A DNA stretch of 64,000 nucleotides from positions 124,001 through 188,000 of the forward strand of contig CDLV01000006.1 in assembly GCA_001244265.2 (NCBI GenBank). Direction: 5' to 3'. A program made the translations under genes and the position numbers. Every line of letters starts with the position of its first letter. Position 1 is the first letter of the stretch. Shown piece by piece: positions 15,201 through 28,247 of this stretch. The notes beneath the pieces are model-generated. The model did no database searches, was not told the origin of the DNA, and saw only the letters and a list, made by a program, of their open reading frames with translations. Origin of the DNA: Microbotryum violaceum (Eukaryota).

Positions 15201-16273
15201 ATGCCTTCCTCCAGTACTGGGCTAGGGGATGCGTCAGACTGAACAAGAACGACGCCTACAAGGGGTGCCCTATCAAGTATTGGGTGACACAACGTGCGAT
15301 TCCAGGACAGAAGGCTCTTGCCGAGATGGCAATTGACTTCATCACAATTCCACCAACTGCGTGACGCGCTTTCTCCACCGGCCGCCGGACGATCAACTAT
15401 ATGCAGCACAGCACCTCCGCCGAAGTTCTGAACGCCAAGATGTGTCTCGGTAACTGGGCTAACCCGACCGCTCCTATCTTCGGGGGCACCCCCGACGGCT
15501 TCGCTCGTCATGCCCGACCCATCATCACGAGTGAGTTCAAATGAGAGGAGTCATGCTAGCCCCAGCTACTTGCAGCGACTGAGGACCCAATAATCTTTCT
15601 TGCAGGCAAGCTCCGTGCTCCATCGAAGCGTGTCGTGGCAAAGAAGAGTTCTTCGGCAATCCACAAAGCAAATAAGCGGCAACGCCACAACGTCACTGGA
15701 GAATATCGACCTCGCTCTCGCCAAATTCGCCGATTGAGGAGCTGGAACTCTCAGACACGGACGAAGAATCGTCTTGAGCGCTACCCAAGTATGCAACAGA
15801 GTAAACCTTCGTTTCTCCCATGTACAAAATGCCCTCAACAAAATATTTTCTCTCTGTTTCTCTGTTTCTGCCCCTTCATAGATTTTTCAACCGAGTCCTC
15901 TAACTTTCCCTCATTTGCACTTGCTCTTCGTCGTCTCTCAATAGAATACAAGGCACGGCTGCCATTCTGCCACTTCGTCGAGTTTTTCTGGCGGCAGCTG
16001 GAGAGATCTTGTCATGGCTGCAAAGGCCTTTTGTGTCGAGGACAAGGGAACAAGGGTCCGCCCTGTCATATCTATACACACACATCTATGCATGCCTCCA
16101 CACATCTAGTCATCATCTATCAAGTGGCGTTTGTCTACGTAGATATCCACTAGATATCTATCTTTCTATCTGTTCTGCTGTAGATGACAGATCTATAGAT
16201 AGCCCGAAAAAAGGCAAATTTATAGATAAATAAAAGATATCTACGCGCATATCTGATCTAATGCGAAGCCCTG
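12261..16273 (+). mobile_element. hAT-superfamily DNA transposon (4.0 kb) with 24-bp TIRs
   Basis: Perfect TIR CAGGGCTTCGCATTAGATCAGATA at 12261-12284, with its reverse complement ending at 16273. (A)GATAT/ATCTA-rich subterminal repeats are present. No clean 8-bp TSD. Confidence 0.9.
12774..15470 (+). pseudogene. hAT transposase, disrupted
   Basis: BED-like N-terminus (KWDHF..C), IDGWT, MDNASN, RVPCFTHILQL (CxxH), ETRWNS, FDPR and hATC-like YW...LAEMAIDFITIPPT. Stops and frameshifts are present. Confidence 0.88.
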
Positions 16274-18445
16274 GCGCTCAGCTTCGGCCCGTCTGATAGC
16301 TGTGTGCGAACATCAACATCTCAGTAGCTTATGGTACAGCCCTTCTCCACCGTGGAGTAGTTCATCAGTCACGAACGATGCTCAGTCGGTCCGACACACC
16401 AGTAATTGGTATCAAGTGGCATTTGTGTCCACCCACCCTGCGGCGATGTCGATCTCTCCCAGTTCACGTGTCTTAGTCGTGCCTCCCGACGCCGAGTCAT
16501 TGCGACTCATCGGACAGCATCTGGGAGCTCGGCTTGACAAGAGGCGGTCGCTCTTGCCAACCTGGCGAATGAGTACAGTACACTTATCATGGACTGAACA
16601 GATCTGGTTCCTCGCATTCGCTTGACGAGGATCTAGTGATCAGGTGCTCGTTGCGACAGCTCGTCTTGTCCAACGTCAAACTTCGTTTGGAACAACTTCA
16701 GATTGTCTGTCAGACTCACAACTTGCAGGGCTACTCTCTTCGGCGATCAAGGGCTAAAAAACTGTTTTTGTGTATTCTATTGTCTTCATGCGCTGGGCAT
16801 TGTTCAGCATGCGAGAGTGGCTACATCTTCAAGCGAAGCACAGCCAAAGTCATCCTGGTCCCAGGCCTACAACGTTTGATTTCGAGGAATGCCAAATGGC
16901 GTGCTCCAACACTGATTCGCGTGGTCCATCGGCCAAGCGACCCGGGAGGCCAGCTCACCTACTACTAGATGTTATTATAGAGACTGACTCGGGGTACGCT
17001 TTGTGTGTTCAGTCTTGAGCACAAGCTTACCTCCGGAAAGGCAGCGGTCGGAGCACTTGCTCGTGACATCCGAGTCCGAGGCAAAGTTGCGACTCAGGGC
17101 ATGTCCAAGTTGCGATCCTTCTTTTTCTGAACATGGGGCAACGGCATGGAAATTGGGAAACAGTTCATGTAAGTTGAATCCGTTGCAAAGAAAGACAGAG
17201 ACCTGACTTTTTCCCCTTTCTCACCCTCACCGGTCCGGCCAGCGATCGCATTCAACACGCCAAACCTACTAACGGCGAAGCCGCAGGTGGTCTCCATCCA
17301 ACACCAGTTGATGACACCCATGATGTAAGTAGTAATGTATATGTTTGCCTTTGTGTGCTCCAGCGTCTGATGATTAGGCGGACGCGGGTGTGTGCAGTCA
17401 TTGGAAAGATGGAGTCACAGGGGGTGTTGGAGGCCGGCGTGGTTCCGCTTGTTCCCATTTGGACCCGGAGAACATTCTCGACCTGCTCAATTACAGTCGA
17501 TTTTATGCGGAGGTCCGGGAGAGGCTTTTTACCGGTCGCAAGTACGCCAAGGGATATCCCACGCAACTCCCCGTGACTGTCGATCCATCCCTGGGCGACT
17601 TGCACAAGGATGGATATCCCACTCTGGGGAGTGCCCGGGCACCTTGGGTGAAGGTGATCTATGTGCGGTTGTCTGCACCGTCGAGGCTCGCGCTTGGAGG
17701 GACAGGTCCTCTGGCAAACTCTTTGTGCATATTGCATGGGCCTGATGTAGTTTCCTTGTTTCATGTGCGGCAGATGACACGCCAGACCACGCCCCCGCCG
17801 ACAGTCCGACTCAGTCCTAGGCGGGTCATCACCTCTCCTGTCATGAGGGTTCGGCAATGGACGCCGAGCTAAACATTGACTTGTCGAGCACCGATGGTCA
17901 TGAGGATGAATTCAAGCCCGCAATTCCCCACTAAAACTTTTATACCGGCTGACGGGTTCGGTTACTTGGCGTTCAACAGTCACTGACAACAACAAGAATC
18001 CGGTCCACGTGCAGGCGAAAGAGGCCATCGACGACGATCATGAAAGAAGTCTCTTCGGAACGCGCGGCTGGCTCCTACCGCAGGATCAGGAAGGCTCATG
18101 CTTGATTGGTCTCAAGCGAATGGTGAGGAAAGAAAGGGTTCCTGGACCTTGTTTAGACAGCGGAAACGAAAATAGCTATCTGAATGAGGATAGACAGAGA
18201 AGAAAATTTAAAATGAAATGCAGTCGAAATTGAATGAAATGTGGGTTTAATTTGTCGTTAGATTCTCTAGCTTTGTCTTGCGGTGGTTATTCGCTTGCGG
18301 ATAAGTAGGAGGTAGTGCCTGTCCTCGGGCCATAGTTGTGTGAGTGTGATTTCATAGAGGGTATTGTCATAGAGGGCATTGGAGGTTCAGGGACTCGTCG
18401 CCGCCCCGCGATGCGTTAATTGGAATCTATCTCAGATTTTTTAGA

Positions 18446-18886
18446 AGAAAACTGGACATGCGCAGGTTCCGTTCCTTTTTGAACATATTTTGCTCGGGCG
18501 TACGGCGACCAGAGCCGATCGCAAACGCGTCGACGCGACGGCCAAAGATCGATATCCAATGTCCATTCCTGCGTGCATTGATCAGAGCATCGGTGGCGAA
18601 AAGCGGGTCTTTGGTCTAAAAAGTCGGGTAGGGTAAGATCGAATACTGGACGGGCTCGACTTTGGACAACTCGGTGTGATCAGACGCGTTGGCGGGAGCG
18701 ACATCCGAGTCGAAGGCGAGGACTCGAGGAGCTCGGCAATCGTCGTGTTGGTGAGCGGCGATAATCGATCGAAGTCATCGTCGTTCAAGAAGATCGTCGA
18801 GAAGTGAGCATGGGATCATCTTGTCGTGCTATGCACCAATGTCAGAATGAAGTGAAGGAACGGAACCTGCGCATGTTCGGTTTTCT
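18446..18886. mobile_element. MITE-like foldback with about 32-bp inverted repeats
   Basis: GAAAACTGGACATGCGCAGGTTCCGTTCCTT (about 18447-18477) pairs with AAGGAACGGAACCTGCGCATGTTCGGTTTTC (18855-18885). The interior matches 58696-58930 in inverted orientation. Confidence 0.6.
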
Positions 18887-19493
18887 ATGTATACCAGTGG
18901 GATCCCGTCAAATTGACGGGATGATTCCAAATAGCAGGAGAACGGTATAATGACGAAAGACAGCAGAGAAACAATTTTTCAGTTAAGACTTGGCCCTCCC
19001 TGGCGACCTTAGGACCGGAGCATAGTGGCGAGGGTTTCTCCTTGAATGTCTCACAAAATTTAATGAGAGTGGGAGAGGAAAAGAAACGGTTAGAGAGAGT
19101 GGCGCGGGTTTGTTCACGGGGTGTGATTTGTTGTTCAGCCCCTAATGCCGCTGGTCGGCTGCCGGAATGACACTGACACCGCGGCGCGCGGCATCACGTG
19201 ACAGACGCCAGCCATCGCCTCGCGCGTCAGGCGGAGCTCTGCTGTAGAAGCAATATCATGCAAAGCCACGCGCTTTCCGTCGATTAAATACAATATAAGT
19301 GCTCGCACTGTTTTACGTCAACGAAAATGTGAAGGAAACTACTGGGAACGCTGTAGCTTCGTTCGACTCGCGCGAACACAATAACGGTTGCCACAGAGTT
19401 TGTACATGACTTCTGATTGAAACCTGGGACACCACAGGCAGATGCGGCAGACAACAGTATGCTGGTGCATGCACCACAGGCGGCCCTCCGGGC

Positions 19494-19615
19494 AAGGGTC
19501 CGCATTAGATCAGATCACCGCCGTGGCCAGATCTGATCTGATCTGATCTGAACTTTTCTGATTCTGCCTTGATTGATCTGATCTTGATCTGATCTGAGCA
19601 ATCAATTTGATCTGA
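19494..19615 (+). mobile_element. hAT-like terminus of a related family with a (GATCT)n subterminal array
   Basis: AAGGGTCCGCATTAGATCAGATC resembles the 12261 TIR and is followed by many GATCT(GA) repeats. Confidence 0.5.
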
Positions 19616-19927
19616 GACATGAGATTGCCTAATTTGGCACAGAGAGACTTTTACATGTTGAAATCCCCATCTTCTCCCTCCACAACCTCAACCTCATCCT
19701 CATCTCCTCATCCTCCTCCAAAGTGATCACCTTGCTAAGCCGCCGCTCTTTGGAGCCCCCGCTTTTATGACTGGATTGGGTCGCTTGATCCCTATGAGAA
19801 AGTGTTTGCAATGAGTCAGCACCTGACATTGCAACGAAAGCCCATCAAAGGAGGACCACACCCTGTAGTATTTCTGTGGCGCGGGCCCGACACCCAATGC
19901 GGCGGCGATGCCAGATATAGATCGCCA

Positions 19928-20091
19928 GAGCGCTGCGAAGCGCGTCTCCAAGGCAAACGGGCCCAAAGTCACGCCGAAGGCTGCTCAAAGTCCCTCAAGG
20001 TAGGCCAAAAATGTGATTTCGGTCCCAAAATGTCAGTCTTCTGCAAGGCGCCTCGACGATGTCCAGGATTTTGGGTCGTCAAAAAAAAATG

Positions 20092-20125
<34 letters not shown>

Positions 20126-20147
20126 CGCCTCCGGTGGGGCTTTCGGG
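19928..20147 (-). mobile_element. Another left end of the AGGACCCC TIR family (inverted, terminal bases lost, internal poly-A run)
   Basis: The reverse complement closely matches about 11690-11872. Confidence 0.75.
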
Positions 20148-20356
20148 CTCAGCCTGATCCATCTGATGCTGTCAGCTCGGGTCCCAGGAGTCTTCAAGTT
20201 GAAGGCGTGACTTGATCAAGTCATCAATCTGGTGACGTCAATAGCGGAACCGAAGTGAGGTATCTGCTTCAGCCACCAGATTATTGGAATGGCACGAAAA
20301 TGTGAGAGCTAGCACTAAAGTCTCATACTGAGCCAGATCTACCCGTGCCCTTGCCT

Positions 20357-22348
20357 TCAAGCCAGATCGAGATCCACCGGCTTCCCCCTCAGTTTCTTAT
20401 CCGGCCTCGCGCTCAAGATGTCGCCACCAGCGTCCATGGAATTGAATCTGCCAAGTTTGGGCGCTGGCCGGTCCCACGCATGCGTGTCTACCGCACCTGC
20501 GATTGGCGGTTTTCGATGGGTCCATCGGTTGATGTGCTCTTGGTTTTCTTGTCGCTGGCTTGATGATTTCAGTGCACTATCTTGCTGGACCTTGAGCCTG
20601 GTGACATTGCCCGTGCATGCATGAGCATCAACTACCTCATTCAGCAGATCGAGGAGGAGCTTGGAAACTCACGTTGCGTAGACAAGGTCGAGTCGGGGTG
20701 TAGCGACACCTCGCGCTCGAGCGCGGTCCAGGATGGAGCCGATGATTGGCTCAAGCTCGCAAGGACGCCCATATTCGATCTGAGCTCAGATCAAGAAGTT
20801 TTGACGCGTATGAACATCCCGACATCAAGGTTACAATAAGACCAGGTTTTCTCGTCAGGGTCAACTCACATCCAAGAGCATGCTAGGCTTGAAATTCTGC
20901 GTGGCCCGTCGGGAGGAGTCGGCCTTCTCATTGACGACGTCCGAGGTCGGAGCTGTTCCCAAATTCTTGGTTGGTTGGGGCGCATACAATTGAATAGTCA
21001 TCCGGAGCGTATCGTCGATGGCCTTCATTGGCACAGCTTCCTCGGAGTACCCCCAAGCCCTCGCAACGTATAGAACCTCGAGCATGGTCCGGCGGGTGAC
21101 GGGAAGGGTAAACGGCAGCACTTCGGGGGCAAGAAGCGCCGAGACAGTGGATCGCGAGAGAGTGCACAGGCTGGAAAGTGCAGAGTTCCACAATGCTTTC
21201 AGCCATCGAGCTGCCTGGATCTCGGCGGCGACTTCCACCGTTCCTCCGCCTGCTCGCAGGGCATTCGCGAATTGATCCGTGCTGGTGAGGCCCGCTCGCT
21301 TCCGATCCGGATCATCGATGTAGCCTGCAGGATCGGCGAAGTCATCTTCCGCAACCCCTCGGGTGGTCGAACGCCCTTCGCCCGTATAGAGACCTCTGCA
21401 ACGCCAGGGCAGTTTTTCCGGGTAAGTATCGTGACCATGGGGGGAAGAGCACAGGTGAAGCAGGAAACGGACATGACCAGACGCTCTAGTTTACCATGAG
21501 TGATGCGGATAGCGTCACGTTCCCTGAGCAGGTTGGCCCCCTAGTAATTTCGCACAAAGTAGCTTGCAGTCAGCACTTCACGTGATGTATGCATGAAGAA
21601 GACCGTGCACCGTGTACGGAGGGCGTGTGGGAGCACCGCCAGATTCACGGGTCCAAACTTACGATCCAAGCGACGACAGAGATGATGGGGACGTGTGGGT
21701 AGGTCAGCTGCAGTGGGTGCTCGATGCCAATCCCGTTCTGTAATAGCACGATGGTCGGTGGTTTCCCTTGCGCATGCTCGCCCTCGATGAACGGGGCCAC
21801 GAGAGAAGCAGTCGGTACCAGGTCCGGCAACGCTTTGAACGAGCAGACGATGTAGGCATACGATCGGTCGTTGGCGTGCGCGGCGTCGCCGACCAATCTA
21901 TGGGGCTTCCAGTTTTTGATCGTTCCGAATCTGACAGTCACGGGTCGCAAAGGGGATCAGGCAGTCAGAGGGTTCGCCGGGTGGGGGTGGGGTTCGATCA
22001 ATGTTGAGTCGTCTCGAGGCAAGGTCAGCATCTTATCAAAGCCTACGGCGGACGCGGATTGCAAATGCCACGGGTCCCCGCTACGTTGCGGGCCATAGTC
22101 CCAGATGAAGTTCATCTCACTTTTCGCTTTCGATGGTGATGCCCTGGGACTGCATAGTGTCAAGCATGTGCGGTCGGGTGATGGCGGTGACCTTCAAGCC
22201 ACTCTTCTCTAGGACTGTGGGTGGTAGGGATGAGCTTCTCTGAGCTCACCGTGTCTCTCCGCAGATCGCCCGCCAGGCATGATGGACTCACTCCACGAAT
22301 ACATCACTCCTAAGGCCCCGAAGCCGATGCATAACACCTCCTGCCCAT
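20357..22348 (-). CDS. Ketopantoate reductase (PanE/ApbA) family oxidoreductase (multi-exon)
   Basis: MGQEVLCIGFGALG (Rossmann fold), IVCSFKALPD, LLQNGIGIE, RWLKALWN, KPSMLLD..GRPCELEPIIG. Confidence 0.88.
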
Positions 22349-22986
22349 TGGGTTGACTCATGGCAATTCAGAGTAGTGGTAGGTGTGGAATGACTCGCAG
22401 CGAAGCGAACGAGACCGCGCACGTAGACTGCGGCTATGCACGCCCGGCGTCCGCATAGTGCCGCGGAATGACTCCGAGTGAGCCCGAGTGAATGCAGCTA
22501 AAACGGCGCCAAGCTTAGTTACATAAGCCTCGCAAGCCAGACACACAACACATCTTTGCTTTTTGTCGCGTTACGCTCACTCCCGGCGGCTAAGACACCT
22601 TCAAACAAAGCATTGTCGAGGAAACTCACGAAAAACAACTCAACCCATGCTAGCCATTATTGTTCCCATTTGCATATTCGCCCTCGCAGCAGAATCGGGT
22701 CAACATAGTACAACCATCATTGCACCGCAACTTCAACAAAAGAATCCGCACGCAAGGCACATCGAATTGCGGGGTGCTCTAACTTCCGGCTTTGAAAAGA
22801 CCGAGGTAGGTGGCTGTAAACGCCAAGCTCGTGGTGGGGTAGTAGAGGTCTGCGCATCGCCCAACGCTCGCGATCAGCTCGACCCCCTTGGCTCGCTCAG
22901 AGAAGACGTACCAGGGGTATTTTGGACAACACTGTCCAGGTGCTCCAGTACACGACAGCCTTAAGTTCAAGTGGGGGCACGGTCTT

Positions 22987-25900
22987 TCAGCCAGTGAACT
23001 GAAGCGAGAAGGCACGGTCCCCATCGGCAACAATCACTGCGGCAAGTGGACCCCCGGTTCAGTTCAGTAAAGAGAACATCAGGAAACAGGCCCGCCTCGT
23101 GAGCGGACCTCGGGGCTCAGCTTATCGTACTCACTCTCATTCCGAGATGGCGGCCCTGTTGCAGTGTATCGCCCATAGCCAGAAGAATTATTGACCGGCG
23201 GGTAGTAGGCTGAGTTGCTCGAGAGCGAGGGCGGCGTTTCGGCATAGAGGCAGCGAATGCTGTTTCCCGGAATGATTTGCATGAGTGCACCGCTCTCGAC
23301 GTGACGGACCTCGATAAACGTCGGCTCGAAGGCGAGCACATAAGGGTAGTGAAGAGCTGGCACAGGGATTGCGCGTTCACGACCGTGGGGGTCAGCTTCC
23401 AGGGTGTGACATCGGGGCTTCGGTTGCAACCTACCGAAGTGTGTGGGAAATCCTTCCCACTGGATGATCCAATTCGACTTTGCGCGCCAACCGTTTTTGT
23501 TGACGTAGAATGCAAACTCTTTTGCGACCATGCAGACCGAGGAAAGAGTTAGTCCCTACCTCAGGGGTTGTGGGGCATCTCGATCCGTCGACACACCGTC
23601 ATAGCAAAGCAAGAACTCCCCGTCGATTCGGTAAATAGCGATCGGACGGGCCATCTCCCTTTTCTGCACAAAGTCCAGGGAAGAATCCGCGGGATCGAGC
23701 AGACCCTGCGTATCGAGAGTTTCCAGATCGACTATCTCGAAGCCCTTAGTGCAGCCAACGCAGAGCTTTGACTTGAGAAAATGGACCGATGATGACTCGT
23801 TGGGTATATAAAACTCCTGAACAGCGAAAGGCAGAGGCCTGTGAGCACCCACCGCGGCGATTGCACGAATGATCATATTCCCATGGTCTCACCTTGAAGA
23901 CTCTCAGGGACTCGTTGCTGCCTTGCAGGAACTTGCGTAGTGCCGGCTGTTTCTTGCCCCGGACCTGGTCAATGGGTTCGAGGGTTTTAATCGTACTCGA
24001 GACCGAACCCGATTTGACCACGCAGACCAAAGTCCGTCCCAAGCACTGCCCGGCCTTGAAGAAAGTGGCGTGCGAGGAGATCTTGCGGGCGCGTTTGGCT
24101 GCACCGATCGCATCGCCCGGGTCGAGGTGATCGACAAAAAACGTTTGAACAGCTTTGTCTATGGGACACGCGACATCAAGGCTTCAGCCGTTTGGGGGCG
24201 GTCCAATTTGTGGGGAAGGTGTCTCGAAGGGCACTGACTTACCTGCCAGTACGATGAGGATGCCCTGCTCCTCCAAGACGTCGAGCTGAGTGACGTTCGG
24301 GACGGAGATGACTTTGAGGGGAGCTTTGTTCACGTCTCGAAGATCGGAAAGGTAAACGCCGTTATCTGTCCCATAGACCATCCGATTGCCGTTGTCTGCG
24401 TTGGAGCAGCATGCGATGACACTGCGTGGTCAGCAAAGCGGGCGTGCAACAGCAGGTAGGACCATGCAAATCCGAAGGCGTACCGAAAGGTGCGGCACAG
24501 ATCAGTCGATTCGTGCCAACGAAGTATCCCGAGGTCAGTGGCAACGTCTCGAACACGAGGCTGCGGTCTTTGAGTTCGTTCTGCCTTGCTTCGATCTTCT
24601 CTAGCCACTTTTTCCGCCCCGCCCACGAAGCTGCCCAAACCGTGATCTGATACCCTCGTCTCCCCAGATGAATGAACGTCATGGCGAAACCTTGTTTGGT
24701 GTTCTTTTCAACGCCAGGTGGTGGTTGCGAAGGGTATTTTGTGCTCGTGCCTCTTGCCATCAGGGACTTGGGTCGCACAGCGCCAGTGCGACCCGAGGAC
24801 GAATCGTCAATCGGAGCCACGACAAGGAGCTCAAGTGGGATGGGCTTGCGGTAGACCTTGTACTGCTCATTCTTGCTCTTTTGTTTCACCATCAAAACGG
24901 CGTGGTCGAAGAGGAACACTTGCAGTTCGGCGCTGTCGCTCTGCGTTCCACCGCGTTTCTTGAGAGGCCCCTTGAAGATTAGTTCTCGATCCTCGTCCCG
25001 TAGGCGAAGATCGACGGCCTCCCCGTGCTTGAACACGAGCTGCTGGTCCAACTGGGCCAAGTTGAATCGGTTCTCACTCTTGCCCGATTCGACGTTGACC
25101 TTTCCTAAAAATTCGCGCACCAGCTTGACAACTTTGGGGAGATTGGCCTTGTCAGGATTGTCATCGGGTGTGTGCTTGAGGCACGCTTCCAAAAGCAGGG
25201 GGTACCGGGCAAGGCGAGTCGTCGGCTTGGTGAGGTACGCATTCAACTCGAGCTTACGAGATTCGGGCAAACGCTCCGTTTCCTGTGATCACATCATGCA
25301 AGCGTATTCGTCGGCACAGAAGCGGACCAAAGGAGTGCAGGGAGCGCGGAGTCAAGAGTATTCACTCACGTCGACGAATCTGGCAAACGCAGGATTGGAA
25401 CCCTTCTCCTTTTCAAATTCGTACTTGCCGTAGAGCTGGTGCGCCCCATACTTGACGAACGGCCCAAAGTGTGGTACCAGCTCGAGAAAGATGTCGCCAA
25501 CGTGGTGTACGATCTCGGCTTGCTTCTGTCGTTTGTTGAGCAACTCGGCCAGCCGCACAGAAACAGAGTGGATCTCGAGCACGTTCCAAAACACTTGGGT
25601 GACAAATTCTTCTCGTCGACCTTCAGGAATGATGTTTTGCGTTCTCAGCGGCTTTATCCATTTCTGTGTAAGAATGAATAATGGAAGATCATCCAGAATG
25701 AGTGATTTGGCTTGGGGGTACTGAAACGGATACATCACGATGAAGACGGGAAAGCTCTCTCACGTCTCGCAGATACTCGAGATCTCGCACAAAGTCCCGT
25801 TCGGTGTAGAAGACTTCATTGAGAGCTTCTTGCCTCTTCTTTTCGGTGTCAGACGTCGCATCGGCAACCTCTTGGGACACGGAGTGAATCCACAGCGACC

Positions 25901-28247
25901 CGGGCTCCTGGTGATGTCGTGGTGCAATGGTCAGTGGTTACCGCAGCCGGCCGTTGCCATCATGTCCACTATAGGATGACGTACCCTCAGGTCCCCGAGA
26001 CTCTCCGAGCTCACGCTGCGCTGGAGGCCTGGCTTGATCTTCAAGTTCAATCGAGCCTGCTGTTCAAGGCGTCGCGGGCAAGCTATACTGTAGCATAGTC
26101 GGTCTCTGGTACAAGTCGGCGAGTAACAGTCCGTGAGCAAGGTGAAGACGCCAGTTGGTACGCTCTCTTCGTTCGAAGCGGTCGTTTCGGCGATCGAGCC
26201 CGGCCTCGATACGGGTGACTGGCCGTCGAACTGCAACACAAGGCCATCGGGTTTGATGAAAGGGAGGGCCAGTCGTTCGCGGAATTGGTACAGCTCGAAG
26301 GGCGAGTCTCGCAAGCGGTGGTCGTAAGTGACGTCGTGGAAAAACTTTTGGGCATCCAGCGCTCGTCCCAACAAGAGGGCCAGATTGCGATCGGACGTCC
26401 GAATGATGTACGCGATCTTGTCTACCGCGTCCCGGCCATCGAACGCGGCCGGGTAGACGAGACCGTCCTTGACGCGCTCACTGAGGGTGATGCGCGCTTT
26501 GAAGGCTTCTGCCACTCTCGACAACAGCGCTGGGTAGACCACAGGAGCCCGCCTTGGAGCAAAGTCTTGGGCGCTTTGCATGCTGAACATCGATGAAGGC
26601 CGCGTGTGCGGGTTCGCCGGCTCGGAGCCGCGCACATCAGGTGCCTCTCCTGAAAGAGAGCGGGGTCTACCCGGGTGGGGATCTACCTTGGGCAAAAGGG
26701 GCGCCATGCGCATCGATTCTGAGGATCGTCGGGAATTCAAGGGGGCAGCAGGGTGATGAGCTACCTCATTGGTCCCGAGATACAGCTGATCGGGAGCTTT
26801 GTGCGAGGGTCCGAATTGGGCTGGGCCTGGCGATCGCCCGTCGGAGGCTTGCCCGTATTGCATTGAAATACGGTCGCTTTCGCCTGAGCTTCGCCGAGAG
26901 TATTCTGCAGTCGAACCGTTGTATACGCTAGATTCGTAGGTGGCTGCAAGAAGAGAGGGCATTGATTTTGTCAGGATAGGACTAAAAAGATGGTTCATGG
27001 GCGGGCGCAGCAGACCCACAGTAATTCGAGGGGTGAGCGGACGGCGTGCCGAAAGGTTCATCGTCGTCGTAGGTTTGGGCAGAATCGAGAGTTGACACCG
27101 GCGATTGTCGGTCGCACTGGTAGTACATGCTCGACCGGCTTCCTTCAGCACCCACCTCTTCACCGCTGACCAAGCCCCGAAGATCGGTTGTGGGCGTTTG
27201 GCCCCCACCTTCTCCATACGCCCTCGACGCGTCGAACCCGACAAAGTCATCCTGCACGATGGCAGGTAGACGGGGGGCAGCTGAGAATACCCCGTTCCCG
27301 TAGCCCGCAGGGGGTGTGACAGGCGTGGCCGTCGGGAGGTAGTCGGAAACGAACGGGCCCGACGAGAGACGACGAGGGCCATTGCCCACGGCGGGGGGAG
27401 CATACGACGGCTGACTTCTTCGCACTGTCGAGAGATCATAGGCACTCGTAGAAGCCGTTGACGGTCCAGATACCTGAGGGATAGGACGCCCCGCGCTGTA
27501 TCCGGACCGTACAGAATTGGCGCTGGATCCGTGTAGGCTCGGGGAGGGAGACGGAGCGCTGCCCCGTGTGTCGAGGGAGACCGATCCATAGGAATTGGAG
27601 GATGCAATCGGCTGAGGACGATGCAGCCAACCATTGTGGGACTCTACGTTTGACGCGAAGTTGGGCCCGGCGCCTTGGTAGTACGACCCATTCCGCGATG
27701 AATCGAGAACGACGTGCGGGTGCTGGTGATGTGGGTGAGCATGCGAATAGCCCGTCAGCAGCTCGGAAGAGGTGCCAGGGTACTGGGGAGTCGGTCGCAC
27801 TGGCATTGAGGACGCGGGAGGGAGTGCCGAGGTCAATGGAGTGGCATACGCGGGGTTGATCACGCTCGATCGGGTTGCGAGGCCAGTTGCAGGTGCTGAG
27901 CCAGCTCCTCCCATCGATCGACGCGTGGCGGCGGCCCCGGGCGGCGGCAGAGGTGCTGCAGGGTACGCATGCGTCGAGGCTCCATAGAACGGTGATGAGG
28001 GCGCAATGGGCGATCCAAAGTCGTCATGCGTGGCCGGATAGTAATACGGGGACGACGACGACGACGCAATCGACGCCGGCGAGGCCGGCGAGGCCGACGA
28101 CGCCGGCTGGTGGTGGTGTTGCTGCTGCTGTCCGTATCCCGCGGATGATGCCATCGTCGCTGGTCCGGGTCGAGAGAATATCTCGGAAAAGGCGTTCTGT
28201 CTCGGGTCGTAGGCCGAACCCGCCGGAGGGCGGTGACCCCAACTCAT
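22987..28247 (-). CDS. ROM2: Rho1 guanine nucleotide exchange factor (DEP-DH-PH-CNH), multi-exon
   Basis: VYPALLSRVAEAF, FFHDVTYDHRLRDS (DEP); KKRQEALNEVFYTERDFV and LTKPTTRLARYPLLL (DH); PH; CNH (VYGTDNGVY, LCVGCTKGFEIVDLETL). Confidence 0.95.

Noticed and set aside
12251-16283. 8-bp TSD for the hAT element
   Set aside because: The flanks GCGCTAACTG and GCGCTCAGCT share only an offset 5-mer, so no TSD is claimed.
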